Shown piece after piece: positions 1 to 13,712 of a DNA stretch of 64,000 bases. A program made the translations under genes and the position numbers. Every line of letters begins with the position of its first letter. Position 1 is the stretch's first letter. The notes beneath the pieces were generated by a model. It made no database searches, was not told the origin of the DNA, and was given only the letters and a program-made list of their open reading frames with translations. Source of the stretch: Octopus sinensis (taxonomy: Eukaryota); contig NC_042997.1 of the NCBI RefSeq assembly GCF_006345805.1, positions 57,598,001-57,662,000 of the forward strand, in the 5' to 3' direction.

Positions 1-233
1 TTCCAGGCTTAGCACATTGAAAGCTTACTGCCATTTTTTGGCACCTCAGTAAATGAGATGAAAGAAAATTTAAGGGGCTTCATTATCTTGGGTAAGATGG
101 GACTCAGATGCCCTCCTTGACACCAACCTTTTTAGTCACTTCTTAATATTAATATTAAGTAATGTTAACCAAATTGGTAAATTATTGAGAATTATTTTAC
201 ATTATTATATCATTGATAATTATATTATATTAG

Positions 234-700
234 TATCATCATCATCATCATCATCATCATTTAACGTCCGCTTTCCATGCTAGCATGGGTTGGACGGTTC
301 AACTGGGGTCTGGGGAGCCCGAAAGCTGCACCAGTCCAGTCAGATCTGGCAGTGTTTCTACAGCTGGATGCCCTTCCTAACGCCAACCACTCCAAGAGTG
401 TAGTGGGTGATTTTATGTGCCACCGACACAGGTGCCAGACGAGGCTGGCAAACGGCCACGCTCGGATGGTGTTTTTTATGTGCCACCGACACAGGTGCCA
501 GACGAGGCTGGCAGACGGCCACGCTCGGATGGTGTTTTTATGTGCCACTGACACAGGTGCCAGATGAGGCTGGCAAACGGCCACAATCGGATGGTGTTTG
601 TTACGTGCCCACAGCACGGAGGCCAGTCGATGCGGTACTGGCTACGACCACGTTCGGATGGTTTTCTTGTGTGCCACGTGCCACCGGCACTGGTACCACA
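234..700 (-). mobile_element. SINE/non-autonomous retroposon with RTE-type 3' end and (ATG)n tail (family A), containing an internal 62-63 bp tandem repeat
   Basis: (CAT)n run followed by TTTAACGTCCGCTTTCCATGCTAGCATGGGTTGGACGG. Near-identical sequence recurs at 21655, 38585 and 44720. CpG-rich, so probably young. Confidence 0.75.
411..660. repeat. Tandem repeat, 62-63 bp unit, 3 good copies plus 1 degenerate copy
   Basis: Unit TTTTATGTGCCACCGACACAGGTGCCAGACGAGGCTGGC... starts at 411, 474 and 536. Confidence 0.9.
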
Positions 701-2127
701 AAGATACAAATTCCATTGATGTTCATCTATTTTGATATTATTGTTAATTATTTTATAACTTGGAAAAATGAATGACAAAATTAACTCTGGTGTGATTTGA
801 CTATAGAAGAATGAGTGACTGATCTAGAATAAAACTCAACTGCATAAGACAATGGTTTGCTACCAAGCTAAACTACAGTATTTAACAATAACAACTGTAT
901 AAGGTTATACCATGTAATAAACAGTCCTTTTTTAACATCTTTCTTACTTATTGTATATCATAATCACAATCCATGAACTTGTTAAGCAGGATAATTATGA
1001 TTCTACATAAAGTAAAAACAAATTTCCAGGTTCAGACATATTTAATTATCCCCAAGTGAAGATAAACAGGCACAAATCTAAAGACGGGTACAATCCTAAA
1101 CTTGTTAAAACAAAAGATGAAATAAAGGCAATTACCACACATTCTCACAAAAATTTTACAACTTTCAAAATAAACCTTTGTAAATTGAGATCACCTTGAT
1201 AATCCTCATCGTCAGTTACGAGTTCATTTTTTTCATGCTGGCTTAAAGTTGAAGGGATCTGCAAGACCTTATATTTCCATGCAACTCTATCAAGCATCAT
1301 ACCTTTGAAATTCACATTGCTTTGATCTATTCTGTCCAACATCTCCTAATTATCCCATGCCAATTCTTCACTCAAATCAATCCTATCTACTGTAATTTTT
1401 ATCACTGGGTCGTTATTTCTTGATCATCAAATCCCATTTGTTGGGACTATATATCTTTATGCATGTAGTTAATATCAGTTAATATCTCTGCTATATACAC
1501 TTGTCAAATGCGTCTAGTAAAAGTTACAGCATAATCTATGTCATATTGGATTTTGCTATCAATAGAATAATATTAACTATGAATTTAAGATTTGAGATCA
1601 ATACTTTTATTTAAAAGATTATTTCAATTTAATACCAAACCTTTAAATTTTAAAAAGGTTAACTTTATTCAACAGTCGATTATATATTTTGCCATAGTGT
1701 AACTTATGTCATTAACACTAAAGCTATTACAGAAATTTAGCCATGCAAAAGACAAACTAACAAATGACAAGGAACTATATTACATATTTTATGATAAAAA
1801 TCAAGTAAAGAATTGACAAATAGTGTTCTCACCACCTGCACCTTAAAAAGTTCAATTTAAGAATATCTGACAATTATCAAAGTTTAGGGTGTATATTTAC
1901 TAATCAATAACTTTCTTGTGTCTAAATAAAATTATAAAGTAAGCAACCAGTCAACTAAAATTTTCTTAGGTATTTTTCTATTATTGAAAAAAAAAAGAAA
2001 ACATAGCTGACACTAACTGTTCAAGTTATCAAAAATAAGCTATTTTTACTTAATTTTAAAACTAAAAAAAAAAAGTAAAGAAAAAACAAAACGAAGCACT
2101 GTGATAAGGTTGCTATAAAATACATAC

Positions 2128-2163
2128 GTGGAGGTGCCGAGGCCTCAGCTTCTGTTGTAAAGA
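2128..2163 (-). CDS. Candidate 36-nt symmetric (phase 1-1) microexon of the RILP-like gene, encoding (I)FTTEAEASAPP
   Basis: Minus strand reads ...tatattcactttcag|TCTTTACAACAGAAGCTGAGGCCTCGGCACCTCCAC|gtatgt. It is a GC-rich island in AT-rich DNA, has canonical splice sites, and stays open in the frame left by the phase-1 donor at 31179. Confidence 0.55.
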
Positions 2164-3321
2164 CTGAAAGTGAATATATACAAGCAGAATTATTAATTAC
2201 AAAATAATAAAGCTAGAAGCAATGGTCCTATATTTAGTCCAAAGTAGAAAGAAAGAGGGAGTAGAATTATCTCAGTCACCCAAACACACACAAAATAGAA
2301 TGAAGTAACAATATTTATCTTTTCATGGATTTTCCTCTTGGATTTCAGTTCAATTTCTACTGTTTATATGTTTTAGCCTCGTTGTAAAAAGCCTAAATGT
2401 TTCTGAAAACATTTGAAACAGTTTGCCATATAATATATGCTTTTCTAGGTTCTTGATTAAGATACATATTTGACTAGAAGTTTTGTTGTTGAATGTTTTT
2501 AAGAGAACCTACAATGGATAAAGTGAGGTAGTCATATTTACCACATCATATTCATAAGAATAGCTGCCTTCCTAGATATAAGAACTATCTTCATTGCACA
2601 GAATACTAATTATTGATTTTAGAGCTACCATTACCTTAGTGTACATCTGGATAGGCTGATATGCTTAAATTAGAAATTTCAAGTTTAAGTTTCATTTTAA
2701 AAGATGTATCTCTTTTTATGAATATGATGGTTAAAGGTTTGATCAGATGAAATGGAGGATTTTAAACTCAGTAGCTCCCAACAATATTTTTATGTTAATG
2801 AACTACCTGAAACAATAATTCCAGAAAAGGTAACTGTAGCAATTTGACTGGTGTAGAAAAAGATCATTTGTAAAAATCAAATTCAGTATTGTAAAAATCT
2901 AAAATTTTGTAGCAGGATATAAATTTTGGGGAATTTCATATGCTGATTATAACAAAATAGTCTCTTGTCGAGGAACTGACTGTAATTTTAAGCAGTATAG
3001 TTGAATTAATCAATTAGTACAAGCTAAAAAGCTATATCAGTACAGTTTATCTAACTATAAGGGACATTGTTCTTGGTTCAGACAGGGAAGATTATAATCT
3101 GCTATGACATGTTTGCCAAATTTTAACATAAAAACAGTTAGAAATAAGATTAGAGGATGGAAGTTCTGTGAATTATTACTTCCACCATTTTCACTTCAAG
3201 TTGGAACCACTTTTGCTTAAATCACCATTACTTTTTTCATAAAGTCAAAGTATGTTACAACTTATCGTTTCCATCACTCATAAGTTTGAGTAATAATAGT
3301 ATAAGTTACCATTATCACTCT

Positions 3322-4065
3322 CATCATCATCATCCTTCGACCAACTTATGGTTGGTCGAAACTCCATTGACAATCCCTTTCCACACTACATGGTCCTACA
3401 TTGCTGCATTCAGATCTCTAATATCCAGCCTTGAGTCTCAAGATATAGTATCTGGAAATGTCAGTCTCCTGGAGAAAACACTTCCAGAGGGATGCCATAG
3501 GAGCAGGGATGAGATAACCTCTTTCTCTGCCCAATGACAGTGGCAAGCAAATTGTAGCTGTTTCTGCTTTAGCTTGAGGGATATTGGTATCAGATTTCCA
3601 TGGATGTTACTAACTGTTGGGCGTGATCTCCAACTGATGTTCTGTATCTTTCTGAGCAGGTTGGGATATGTTCCATCTAGGTGTTTTTTCTAAGAGAGCT
3701 GATAAGGTTCAGGTCTCTGATCCATACAGAAGGACAGGCTCAATCAGTGTTCTAAATATTTTAACTTTTGATGTGGGTGGAAAGTTTGAGTGCCAGATCT
3801 TATCAAGTCTGTTACATGCATCCCAAACAAGATCTTTGTGGATGCAAAAGTCCTTTTGGAAGTCAACTATATGTGATCCAAGATATTTAAAGTTGTCAGT
3901 TAACTTGGAAGAGGTCATGATAAACTCTCTCTTACTCTCATTGCAGTAAAGGCCAACCTAGTTTGCTGTTTTCTCCAGTGCTTGTAACAAAGATTCTGCA
4001 TCTTTAATACAATGGGAAATCAAGGCAAGATTGTCAGCAAAATCAATGGTATAATAACGAAAGCA
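3322..4065 (-). mobile_element. 5'-truncated RTE-clade LINE (reverse transcriptase C-terminus, decayed) with 16-bp TSD
   Basis: Minus-strand translation gives DFADNLAL, NFKYLGS and LIEPVLLYGSET. Has an (ATG)n tail. TSD TTACCATTATCACTCT at 3306-3321 and 4066-4081. Confidence 0.9.
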
Positions 4066-7000
4066 TTACCATTATCACTCTAACCTGCTTCCCTGACATC
4101 AACGTTAAGATTAACACTATTACAGCCACCACCAACTGATAGTTCAGTCTATTAAAAGTTCAGAGTAACTGGAAAAAGCAACAAAACCTCTGACTGTGGT
4201 AATGGGAAAGGTATATCTTGGCATATAGTAAGAGTACATCAGTAAGGCAGTGAGTTGGAAAGTTTGCAGATATATATTGTATTTTAGAACAGACACCTTT
4301 GCCAATAATTAAATACATACACTGACTGTTATACATTTCTTTATTCTATAATTATTTGATTATCGGTGTCAAAATATTTTTCTTATCACATTTCTATAAC
4401 CAGTCCACTGATCTCTATTATGTAAGGAAACTGATAAAAGACTTTGATATGCTTAATCAAATAATTATATAATTAAAAAAATGAAAAGATAACAGTGCAT
4501 GTGTATAATTATAGAAAAACATAACTCTTCTAAAACACAATATTTGTTCCAAAGACACACACATGTATATATGTATTGTTACACACGCACACACGCACGC
4601 ACAAAGAAAACAAAAAGGAGCCAAATGTTGCAGAGATGTAAGTATGATTTGCTAGGTTGTGTGCCACAAATCACAGAAGAAACATTTGTTAAAGTACTGC
4701 TTCTTGGAGAGGAACTACCTTTATTATAGAATTAGAACAGTTCTGATCTAAAAGATTTGCAAGGTTGAACCATTCTGGGACAGTTAATATTTACTGTAAT
4801 TTTTTTAAAGTCTGGTATTGTGGGTAGGCACTTCAAAATCCTGATGCCACAATGTTGGCCTTCAATTATTGGATCAGAAAAATATTTCAGAGGAATGTAA
4901 TTCTGGAGAGGAATTATTAGACAAATTGTCATGGTAGTAAGAAGATTATGAAAGGAGAGAAAACTGAATGGGTATACGATATAGGAACTGCTTAGTGTTA
5001 CAGAGAAGTATAAGCTATAATGGTAATCAAAACAAGAGTGAAATGTAACAGCCTGATAGTGGACAAAATGGTTATTATAGCCATTGAGAGGTGTCCTAAA
5101 ATTTAACAAATATAACTTTATCTCACAAGACACTTTATGGAGATTACACAGTATCTCACTTCCTGAAGATTATACAGGTTTTCACATCCTAGAGATTATA
5201 TAATCTATTTCAGAGTGCATCAACATCATTTTATGTCTGCTTTCTATGTGGACATGAATTGGTCTAATCATCACAGCTTGAGTCAGTTCTTATTCAAATT
5301 TACTGCTCTCCTCTATAGTTTGGAGGACTATGTCTTACATATATGTTTAAGCTTTGGTATGGTTTCTACAACTGCATACCCTCACTAACACCAACCACTT
5401 TAAAGAGTGTGACTGAAAGAATTTTATTCTGGCACCAGCACTAGTGGAGTTGCCTATGTCCAGCAAAACTAAGTAGTTCTCACTATGCTATGTTGTCCCT
5501 GTTCAGGGCAATGAGGCCAAGAGGGTGAGTGAAAGAGAATGCATTGGCAGAGCATGAACAAGGAAACAGGGTGAAAGAAATATTATGATGGGAGAAACAG
5601 AATGACTGATGAGAGTGCTTCATAAAAAACTTGCTGAAAGCTCTTCACTCTGCCTACTTGAGAAGTAACACAAGTGGTCAGTAGTCCATTTTAAAACAAC
5701 ATGCAATAAAACAACCACTGATGAATAAAAACAAAAGATGTTTCATGCCAGCACCATGCTAATAAAAATTATGTGACTTAAATGATCAGACTTTTGCAGG
5801 AGCAGAAAAAAAAAGGCATGTTTAAATTACATTTTATACTTTTGTTATATTTATGATGTTGATAAATGCTCTGTGCAATGTGAAATTAATTAGAGATTCA
5901 ATGTAAAAGTGTGGTCTAACACAGGATTTCTAGGGTTTGTGTTTAGCTCCAGATTTAACAGTGTTAAGCAGATAAAATAGTGAGTCACTTTTTGAAAATG
6001 GAACACTAATGCATTCCAGGTAATATATTAACACAGTCTGATAACTATTCCTCAGTGGTTCAAAGCAGGTGAAATTAAGTGATTTAGTAATGCAATTGTT
6101 ATCATTGGATAACAATAAACTTATGATGCATCAACAACTAGTCTATCTCACTTACTCAGATTTTTGACCACAATTATATATTTTTAGAAATGTTTATAAT
6201 CTATCATTTTCTGGGTATTGGTATAGACAAATGGATGTAAAACTTAATACTGAAAGTAATACCAATCTAGACTTTTACCTCTTTTCTCAACTCAAAATAG
6301 GTCAGTCTTTGTCTTAGAAATCCAGAATTTTTCATGACTTGTTTGAAAATGTATCTAACAACTGGATTGTGCTTTTTAATGTCGGGTTATTAGCCATAAA
6401 AATAAGTGAAATCTATCTTATGACTGAGTAAACTGAGTCAAATAATGTAACTGAGTTACTGGTATAGCTCAATATCTGGTTTTGGATCCACCAACTAATA
6501 TCCCATATCGGCTGCAGTTCTTAAGCATGTTTATATGCAGCTAACAGTGTCAAACAATATCCTCACATAAGCAGATTTACTACACTAACATATAAGTTTG
6601 ATTAAAAATAAACCAATAATAAAATCCTGAAAGTAAATTAAGGTCTTATATTAAGATATATATTTTTTTAAAGACATATAATTTGAAAGTGCTGTTATTT
6701 GAGAAAAAAAATAGTTTAAAAGCTACCAACTTGGATTTCTTATATTTACAAATGAATTGCAACAGAAATATTAAAGTATTACTAAACTAACAACTTTCAA
6801 TTGCTAAAGATGACAAACATCATGATACTGTGTATGCCAGTGTATAAGACACATGTAGCAAAAACTTACCATGCATCTGATACAACTGTATTGTGGATGG
6901 GATACCAAGTGTATAATGAAACAAATGAAATTTGTTTTTTCCACATAAAAGTAAGAGTTTATCTTATGTGAGAATGTACCATATACACTGGCAATCAAAC

Positions 7001-7342
7001 TAAAACTATAGGTTACTAGTTATACTACAGCCACCTAAATTCTGTTTTGTTTTTAGCTTATTCAACTAATCATAAGACATCAGTTTATTATCACCAACTT
7101 CTTTACCCTTCTACCAAATCCTAGTATCAACTGTAGTCACAATGGTTCTTATTCTAAGGTAATTCTAATTTACATCTTAGAGCAATTGAACTTCATTACT
7201 GAGATCAGGAAGCAGATAGTTTCCTACTATGCAGAAGGTTCAGAAGGAAGGAATGACCCTAGTGTTGATAATATGAGAAAATACAATATTGTTATAGTTG
7301 GAGATGGTCATATTTTGTCAATTAAACACATGCATTATATGG

Positions 7343-8063
7343 TTGGTCTTTACTTTTAGCTTTATTATTTTTTTTACGTTTCTTTGTCAAAGCTCTTTTG
7401 TCATACGTTCTGTGACCTCTTCAGCGACTCTTTATCCCACGTATCTCCTTTTGTTCTGCTTAGTCCATTTTGTCCTTCTGTAGTATCCTTATCTGCACAT
7501 GTTTTTGTGTCTGTATGAGTGTGTGTGTGCACACGTGTCTGTGTTTAGTATGTGTGTTTCATTGTGTTTCATGTGCGTGTATATGAGTTTGCTTACAAGA
7601 CTCCTTGTACTCATGTCTCTCATTTGATTATTATATTTATTTGTTTATTTGGTTTTTGTTTGCTCTTTCTTTTTTCTCATTCTATCTTTAATATGTGTGT
7701 GTGTGTATATATATGGATTTATGTATTATATGTTTGTATCTGTGTCTTTTCTTCTTCTTTCATTCTATCTTTATTCATCAGGTTGTGTAGTGTGGTGGAG
7801 TGGAGGGATGTTATTATTCCATTCATGCTTTCTGTTGAGGCTTGGCCTGTCTATTACTATGTGTGTGGCTTCTGTAATCTAAGTGTCATGTCTGTTCTAT
7901 GTGTTGATAATATCTTGATATCTACATTATTAACCAAGCTTCCATGTTCAAGAGGAGCCGTGTGGGATAAAGAGTTGTTGAAGAGGTCACAGGATATATG
8001 ATAGAAGAGCTTTGACAAAGGACACTAAAATAAAAATAATAATAAAACTGAAGTAAAGACCAA
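7343..8063. repeat. Inverted-repeat (foldback) element with ~100-115 bp arms around a TG-rich spacer
   Basis: 7343-~7457 is the diverged reverse complement of ~7949-8063, e.g. CTTTGTCAAAGCTCTT vs AAGAGCTTTGACAAAG and CTCTTTATCCCAC vs GTGGGATAAAGAG. Confidence 0.8.
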
Positions 8064-11000
8064 AGATAGAGTGTCTGTGTTTATTAGCAAAATATAACCA
8101 TCCTCAAGTATAACAATATCTGCTTCAACACATGATTTCACATCAAGAATCTTGCAAAACAAATACAAAAACATAACAATAGATATTCCTTAGGAACATT
8201 GAGAGTGTGTCCCTAATATTCAAACCGCTCATAATTCCATTTGGCTTATACTTAACATTGACTTCTGATAAATAAAACACACTACAGAGTTAAAGATATA
8301 CAAAAAGGGGAGAATAAAGAAATTTTGATGTTCACAACTGAAGTGAATTAGTAATATTTGTGAAGTGGTTCCAACTAGAAATTGAAGTGGAATTATAGAC
8401 TTAATTCAATGAGTTACTGCTGGCCCACAGTCTACTACCAAGATCACATTAATGAATATATCATTGTTTTATAACTATTTCCCTTGATATATTCAATAAA
8501 CAAGGAATAGTTCATAGATATATAACTAACTAGCTTACATTAAGTGTTTGGACTTGATAAAAAAATAAAAGGAATAAATTTTATTTATAACAAGAGGCTT
8601 ATTTATATAGTTTATAAAGTGAGATTTATAATGAGAATAATTAGCTTGGCAAAAGATAAAGCAACAAAATCTATGAAATGAATTACAAAAGAAAATTAAA
8701 TGAATTTAGATGACAAAATATAAAGCCAGAAACATAAGTGTAAAATAAGCTGATAAACACAACTATATGTGTTAAATAGATCTAGACACACGCACATACA
8801 CACTAAAAGCAAAACAAAAATATATAACAAAAGGAAAATTGACTAAAATACAATAAATATTAGAAGATAAGTAAATAACAAATAGAATTTTAAGATGCAA
8901 AGGCAAAGCACATCAAAATACAACAGAAAAACTTACAAACAGAAAAATACAAATCATATGTATTAAAACAAAATATTTTATAAATTAAATTGAGTTGTGT
9001 TATACATGTGAAAACTCGGAGTATTTTTGCTAACATTGCACCTATCTCTGTATATATATTTGAAAATAAAGATGTTTTTATAACAATTTGAAATCTGCAA
9101 GAAGAATCAAAAGCAAGAAAGGGTCCTCAGGAAAATATTTTTCTTTTTCTCTCCCATGCTGCTAGAATATCAAAAGAATTGGATTTACAGAGGATGTGAA
9201 TGGAAGTAAGAGATAAAAGGTTCATTTTACATACACAATATAGGCAACTGTAGAAAATACAAAGCAAATTTGTATAATAGTTAACCTATAAATCAACATA
9301 ATTTAATCTACTTTAGTACTGCTTGTGTGTGTGTGTTGCATTGTAGCTGGATGCTTTTCCTGGCACAGAGTGAAAATTGAGATTTTGCTGACAATTTTGA
9401 TTTTTATTCTCTAGGTGTTGCTTGGATCATTATTAGACTTAGGTCAAATCAATTGACTATAACCTTTTTCTTGTTATGCCTAGTAAAAAGAAATCAATAA
9501 ACATCATAATCAACAATTTGAGATAAAAGAAGAGAAACAGGCCTTATTGACACTAGTTTCCCTTTACTGTCTCAAATTTGTACTAATAAATGGCTAATAC
9601 CCACTTTACCTTTAAACTCTGCATTTAATTCATTCATAATTTTATTGAAGGGGTTATTTCCTATTGTAAGCGCCAACTCAAGGTGAAGCATCTTGCTCCT
9701 TGCTACACTAGACATTAGTGTAGTCAATATAGCTTTCATTTAGCTTTCCATAGTTAATTAAATTGCTTAAAAATCATTGCCTCTACAGCTATGCCAAGGT
9801 AGTAACTACCAAAGGGCAATAACTGATGTGATTCATCTTAAAGGTCAAATAAAAATCAAGAGTAAAAAGTGTTTTGCAAGATGACTTTATCATTAATGTT
9901 ATAGAATGAGAATTTAATGAAAGTCTGTTAAGGGTATGTTGTTCACAATTCAGACAAGACAGAGTATGACTGGTGATGATTTGTTTTAAAAAACTTTTGC
10001 ATGAAACATGAAGGGCAACGAAAAATTCACACCTGCTGAAAGTTCTGTGCATGTTTATTTCCACTATTTTTACTCCAAGTTGAAACCACTTGTAACACAA
10101 TATTGAGAGTGTCATAAGAAAAGATTGTTACCATATCTGTTCATATTCAAATAGCCAGGATTTCTGGCAACAATTTATTCCAATAACAACTACAGAAAGT
10201 CAGTAAATACTCTTTAAATTCTACAGGATAATCATGTTATTGTTTTGGATGTATTTTTCATTTTCCACAGGTTTTCAGATGAACTGCTACTAAAACGTAT
10301 CATTAAATACTCAAAAGATCTCATATTAGTAGCAATTAACTATTAATCTCCTAGCCTATGTAATGCATTTTGGACAATTACTCAGTGCTTTAGTACTCTA
10401 ATTCTCAAAATTTAAAAATTCTCTCTTAATGCCTTAACATTGAAATATTGGTTATAAATTCAGAGTATCTGCAGCAACTGTTTAAGAACAAATTGAGTAC
10501 CATCTTCAGGATGTGTAGTGAAAAGATTAAAAAAAACAAAATACATCCCTGAGAAAAAGTGGTATGAAAAATCAAGTGAGCAGTTTATGAAGGAAAAGTA
10601 ACTTCTATGGGATAAACATGTTATATCTTCTTGGTGGTCTTTCTAGTCTGAGAAAGACAATTCTGCAATTTCTTGCTGAACAACCTGCAAAGATGATTTG
10701 TTTGCATGTATAGATGCACGGTGTGCCACATGTCAGATGTCAAAGTGATTGCAGAGCAACGTGAAATGAAGTAGTTTGTTCTTTCTGGTCCAGGAAATGA
10801 AATCATGATCTTGTGATCATGAGTGCAAGATCCTAACCACTAGGCCACACATCCTCACAACATATTATAAGAATAGATGAAATATGCTGCATAAGAAAAT
10901 GTTGTGAGTTTGTATTAGAAAGTCATCAGCAGAAGAGACAGATAAAGAAGTCTTCTTGAGATGAGGCTTAAAAACATTGAACTTAAAAACACTGGAATTC

Positions 11001-12571
11001 ACATCTGTTTACCATGCTGGTATAGACAGGAAAGTCTACTACACCAGCTTAGAAATACCAATAATCTTCAGTCAATAAAGTACTTTTAGCTTCTAATATT
11101 AGGAGATATTGAGAACAGTAAATGACATATTCAGCACAGACATTAACAAGTGTAGAATCCAGAAAGATATGTTATGGAGAACACTGTAGAGATCATTTGA
11201 CATTGCAAGCTGTTGTTAACAGTGATGGTGGTGGTGGTGCTGCTGCTGCTGCTGTTGATTATTTCAGTCTTAAGTACTCATTCAATGAAGGCATAATAAA
11301 CAAGCTCACTTTATGCAACATAACTTGCAGCATATCTACTAAAACTGTTGAAAGTACACATTTGTCATATGCACTCTCTATCAATGATGACTTCGTCCAT
11401 AATCCACAATAGACTTCAGATAATCTAAAAATGGTTAACAATAGGTGACATCCAAACATTATCTATCTCTTCAGGTCAGGTGAGTGGGTAGAAAATAAAC
11501 AAAAACCAAAACAAAACAATAATTTCTACAGAAAAACAACTAATTTATAAAATTCTATTGATTTCCTTTTCTCTTTCTCGTTTTATTTGACACAGAAAAT
11601 TTGGTATAATACACGAATAGAAGAATAAAGCATAGTTGATGCTGTTGACGTTTGGCTTTAAGTCAGCTTTAATATAGCAAGTCAGTATAATGCCATCTTA
11701 TTTTCAGACAGATCTATGTATTACCTTATTTCAAAGTGTTCCACTTTTTTTTAAGAGTGTAGGGTGTATAGAGGGCTGCTGTTTCTAGCAAACTCAGTAA
11801 CCGCATGGCAATGCAACTTTCACTGGCTCAATAGCATCATAATGATGAACTTTGGTATTAATCAGAAGATATGTGGGAATTTCCACAAGGCTTTCACTAT
11901 CTTCTTCCTCTTAATTTGTTTGTTATCAAATGAAAATGTATTATTCAATGAAAACATTTTAGCACTTTATCACTCTCCACCAGACACACACACAATAGGT
12001 TAAAAACAAAGGAATAACTCCTTGTCCTTGACATACATCATTCTAGTGGTTGTAGAAGCCAAACCAAGGTCCTAGTAGGTTGAACAATTGAGATCTCATC
12101 TTGTAGAGGTCAGGACTAAAATTCCTTCACCTTTTTGCAACTTTTCCTCCAAATTTCTATAACATGATAGCCAGGTACATATTGAGTGTTCCCTCACTAC
12201 CCCTGCCCAAATCTCATTTTTATAGTGTTTATTAAGGTTTTTCAGTTATGCTTTCTCTGAGATGCTTCTGGCATCCTAGTGTCCTCAATATATGATTATG
12301 CTAAAATGGATTTTATGCAACACAAATCTATGCTATCTTACCTTGTCTACAAGTCTTTCTACTAGCTTCACAACTTAATTTATTACTTTTAGATCTCACA
12401 ATTTTTTAAAATGTAGTCTGTATGTTTGTACCACATTTTGATGGGATGGTCATATTAGTCATCAAGAATAATCTCTCTCTCCTGTTTGATTAGCTAATGT
12501 GACTTTCATAGACATTCTCCGTTGATGTATCATTATTTTACTCTAAATTTACCGAAACCATGACCTAATAT

Positions 12572-12852
12572 ATGGGGAAACTACCACCTGTGTTGCCTCT
12601 TGTGAAAGGTAAGAGAGTCCAGTTTGCTGGACCTTGTTGTAGAGCTGAAAAAGAGGTAATTTCTACTCTTCTCCCCTGGAAGCCATCTACCCGCAATACC
12701 AGAGGGCGCACACTCTCCTACCCTGATGTAATCTCCAGGGATACAGGCACCCAGCAACAGGACCTCCGTAATGCCATGATGGACCATGAAGTCTGGCGTA
12801 GCATGGTAAATTCCATTGTCTCGACCACAGTCGAACAATGATGATGATGATG
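12572..12852 (+). mobile_element. Short 5'-truncated RTE-clade LINE 3' end with 12-bp TSD
   Basis: ORF RVQFAGPCCRAEKEVISTLLPWKP...AMMDHEVWR resembles an RTE ORF C-terminus. Has a (TGA)n tail. TSD ATGACCTAATAT at 12560-12571 and 12853-12864. Confidence 0.88.
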
Positions 12853-13712
12853 ATGACCTAATATGAAAACATCCAACGCCATACTTAAAAACAAATTCAA
12901 GTCAAACAATTTGGCAATGGCTCTAATTTATGGAGAGTTGTTAAACACGATTTTTAACTTCTCAGCTTAGCATCTCTTGGCATTAGCATAAACTATTTAA
13001 GGTGTTTTTAAATATTTAAAAATAATTTAAAATAAAACATTATTTTTTTTTTTTAAGTGAAAAAACTATTTGCACTAACTCATGAAATCATCATCAAAGG
13101 GGATTATGCTTTATTCTGTGAATGATGTGACATTTTAATTTGGTAATGAGTATATAAAAAAAGGATATTTGAAAATTGAATTAAACAAATAATCATATGA
13201 AAATACATTTCCAAAAATAAAATTACATGCATAGGAAGATGTTAGCCTCAATTTCTCTACTTTATATCCAACAGTGTTTAGAAAAGCTTAACTGTCTTTG
13301 TATCTAACAGGTGTGCTTTGAAAAATATTACTTGTGTACGTGGTAATAATAGTTGGAGGCACCATTACACTTCTCCATACAACTCTTAACAGCATAATTC
13401 AATTATAAGCAGAGGCTGAAAAAAGCAGCTACAATTGTTTGTTAACTGAACTAAAATCAAGGATTCTCATTCAATTTTATTTCTGTGATTCTCCTGAAAC
13501 ACAAAATATCTATCACATGTTCATTTCTTAATTGATAATGAACTCCAACTCTAAGTAAAGCATTTAACTCTTTCCTAAACATCTCCAAGAAATGCCATAG
13601 TTATTGAGATGCTTCACTATCAACTATAATATCAAGAGTTCAGAACTTGCTAGTTCTTATTGTGTACTAAACCACAGTGGTCTATTTTTCTCAACCTGTC
13701 TATCATATTTAA

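Noticed and set aside
261-778. Four overlapping 96-122 aa ORFs
   Set aside because: They arise from a GC-rich SINE with a tandem array. The peptides are repetitive and have no protein signature.
1145-1342. 65-aa ORF with protein-like composition
   Set aside because: No recognisable motif or convincing splice sites. It may be a TE relic but this is unsupported.
7552-8001. 149-aa hydrophobic ORF
   Set aside because: TG/T-rich spacer of the foldback repeat. The apparent membrane-like composition is an artefact.
11461-11486. Plus-strand ctcttcag|GTCAG|gtgagt 5-nt microexon-like motif
   Set aside because: No plus-strand host gene is evident, so it is probably chance.
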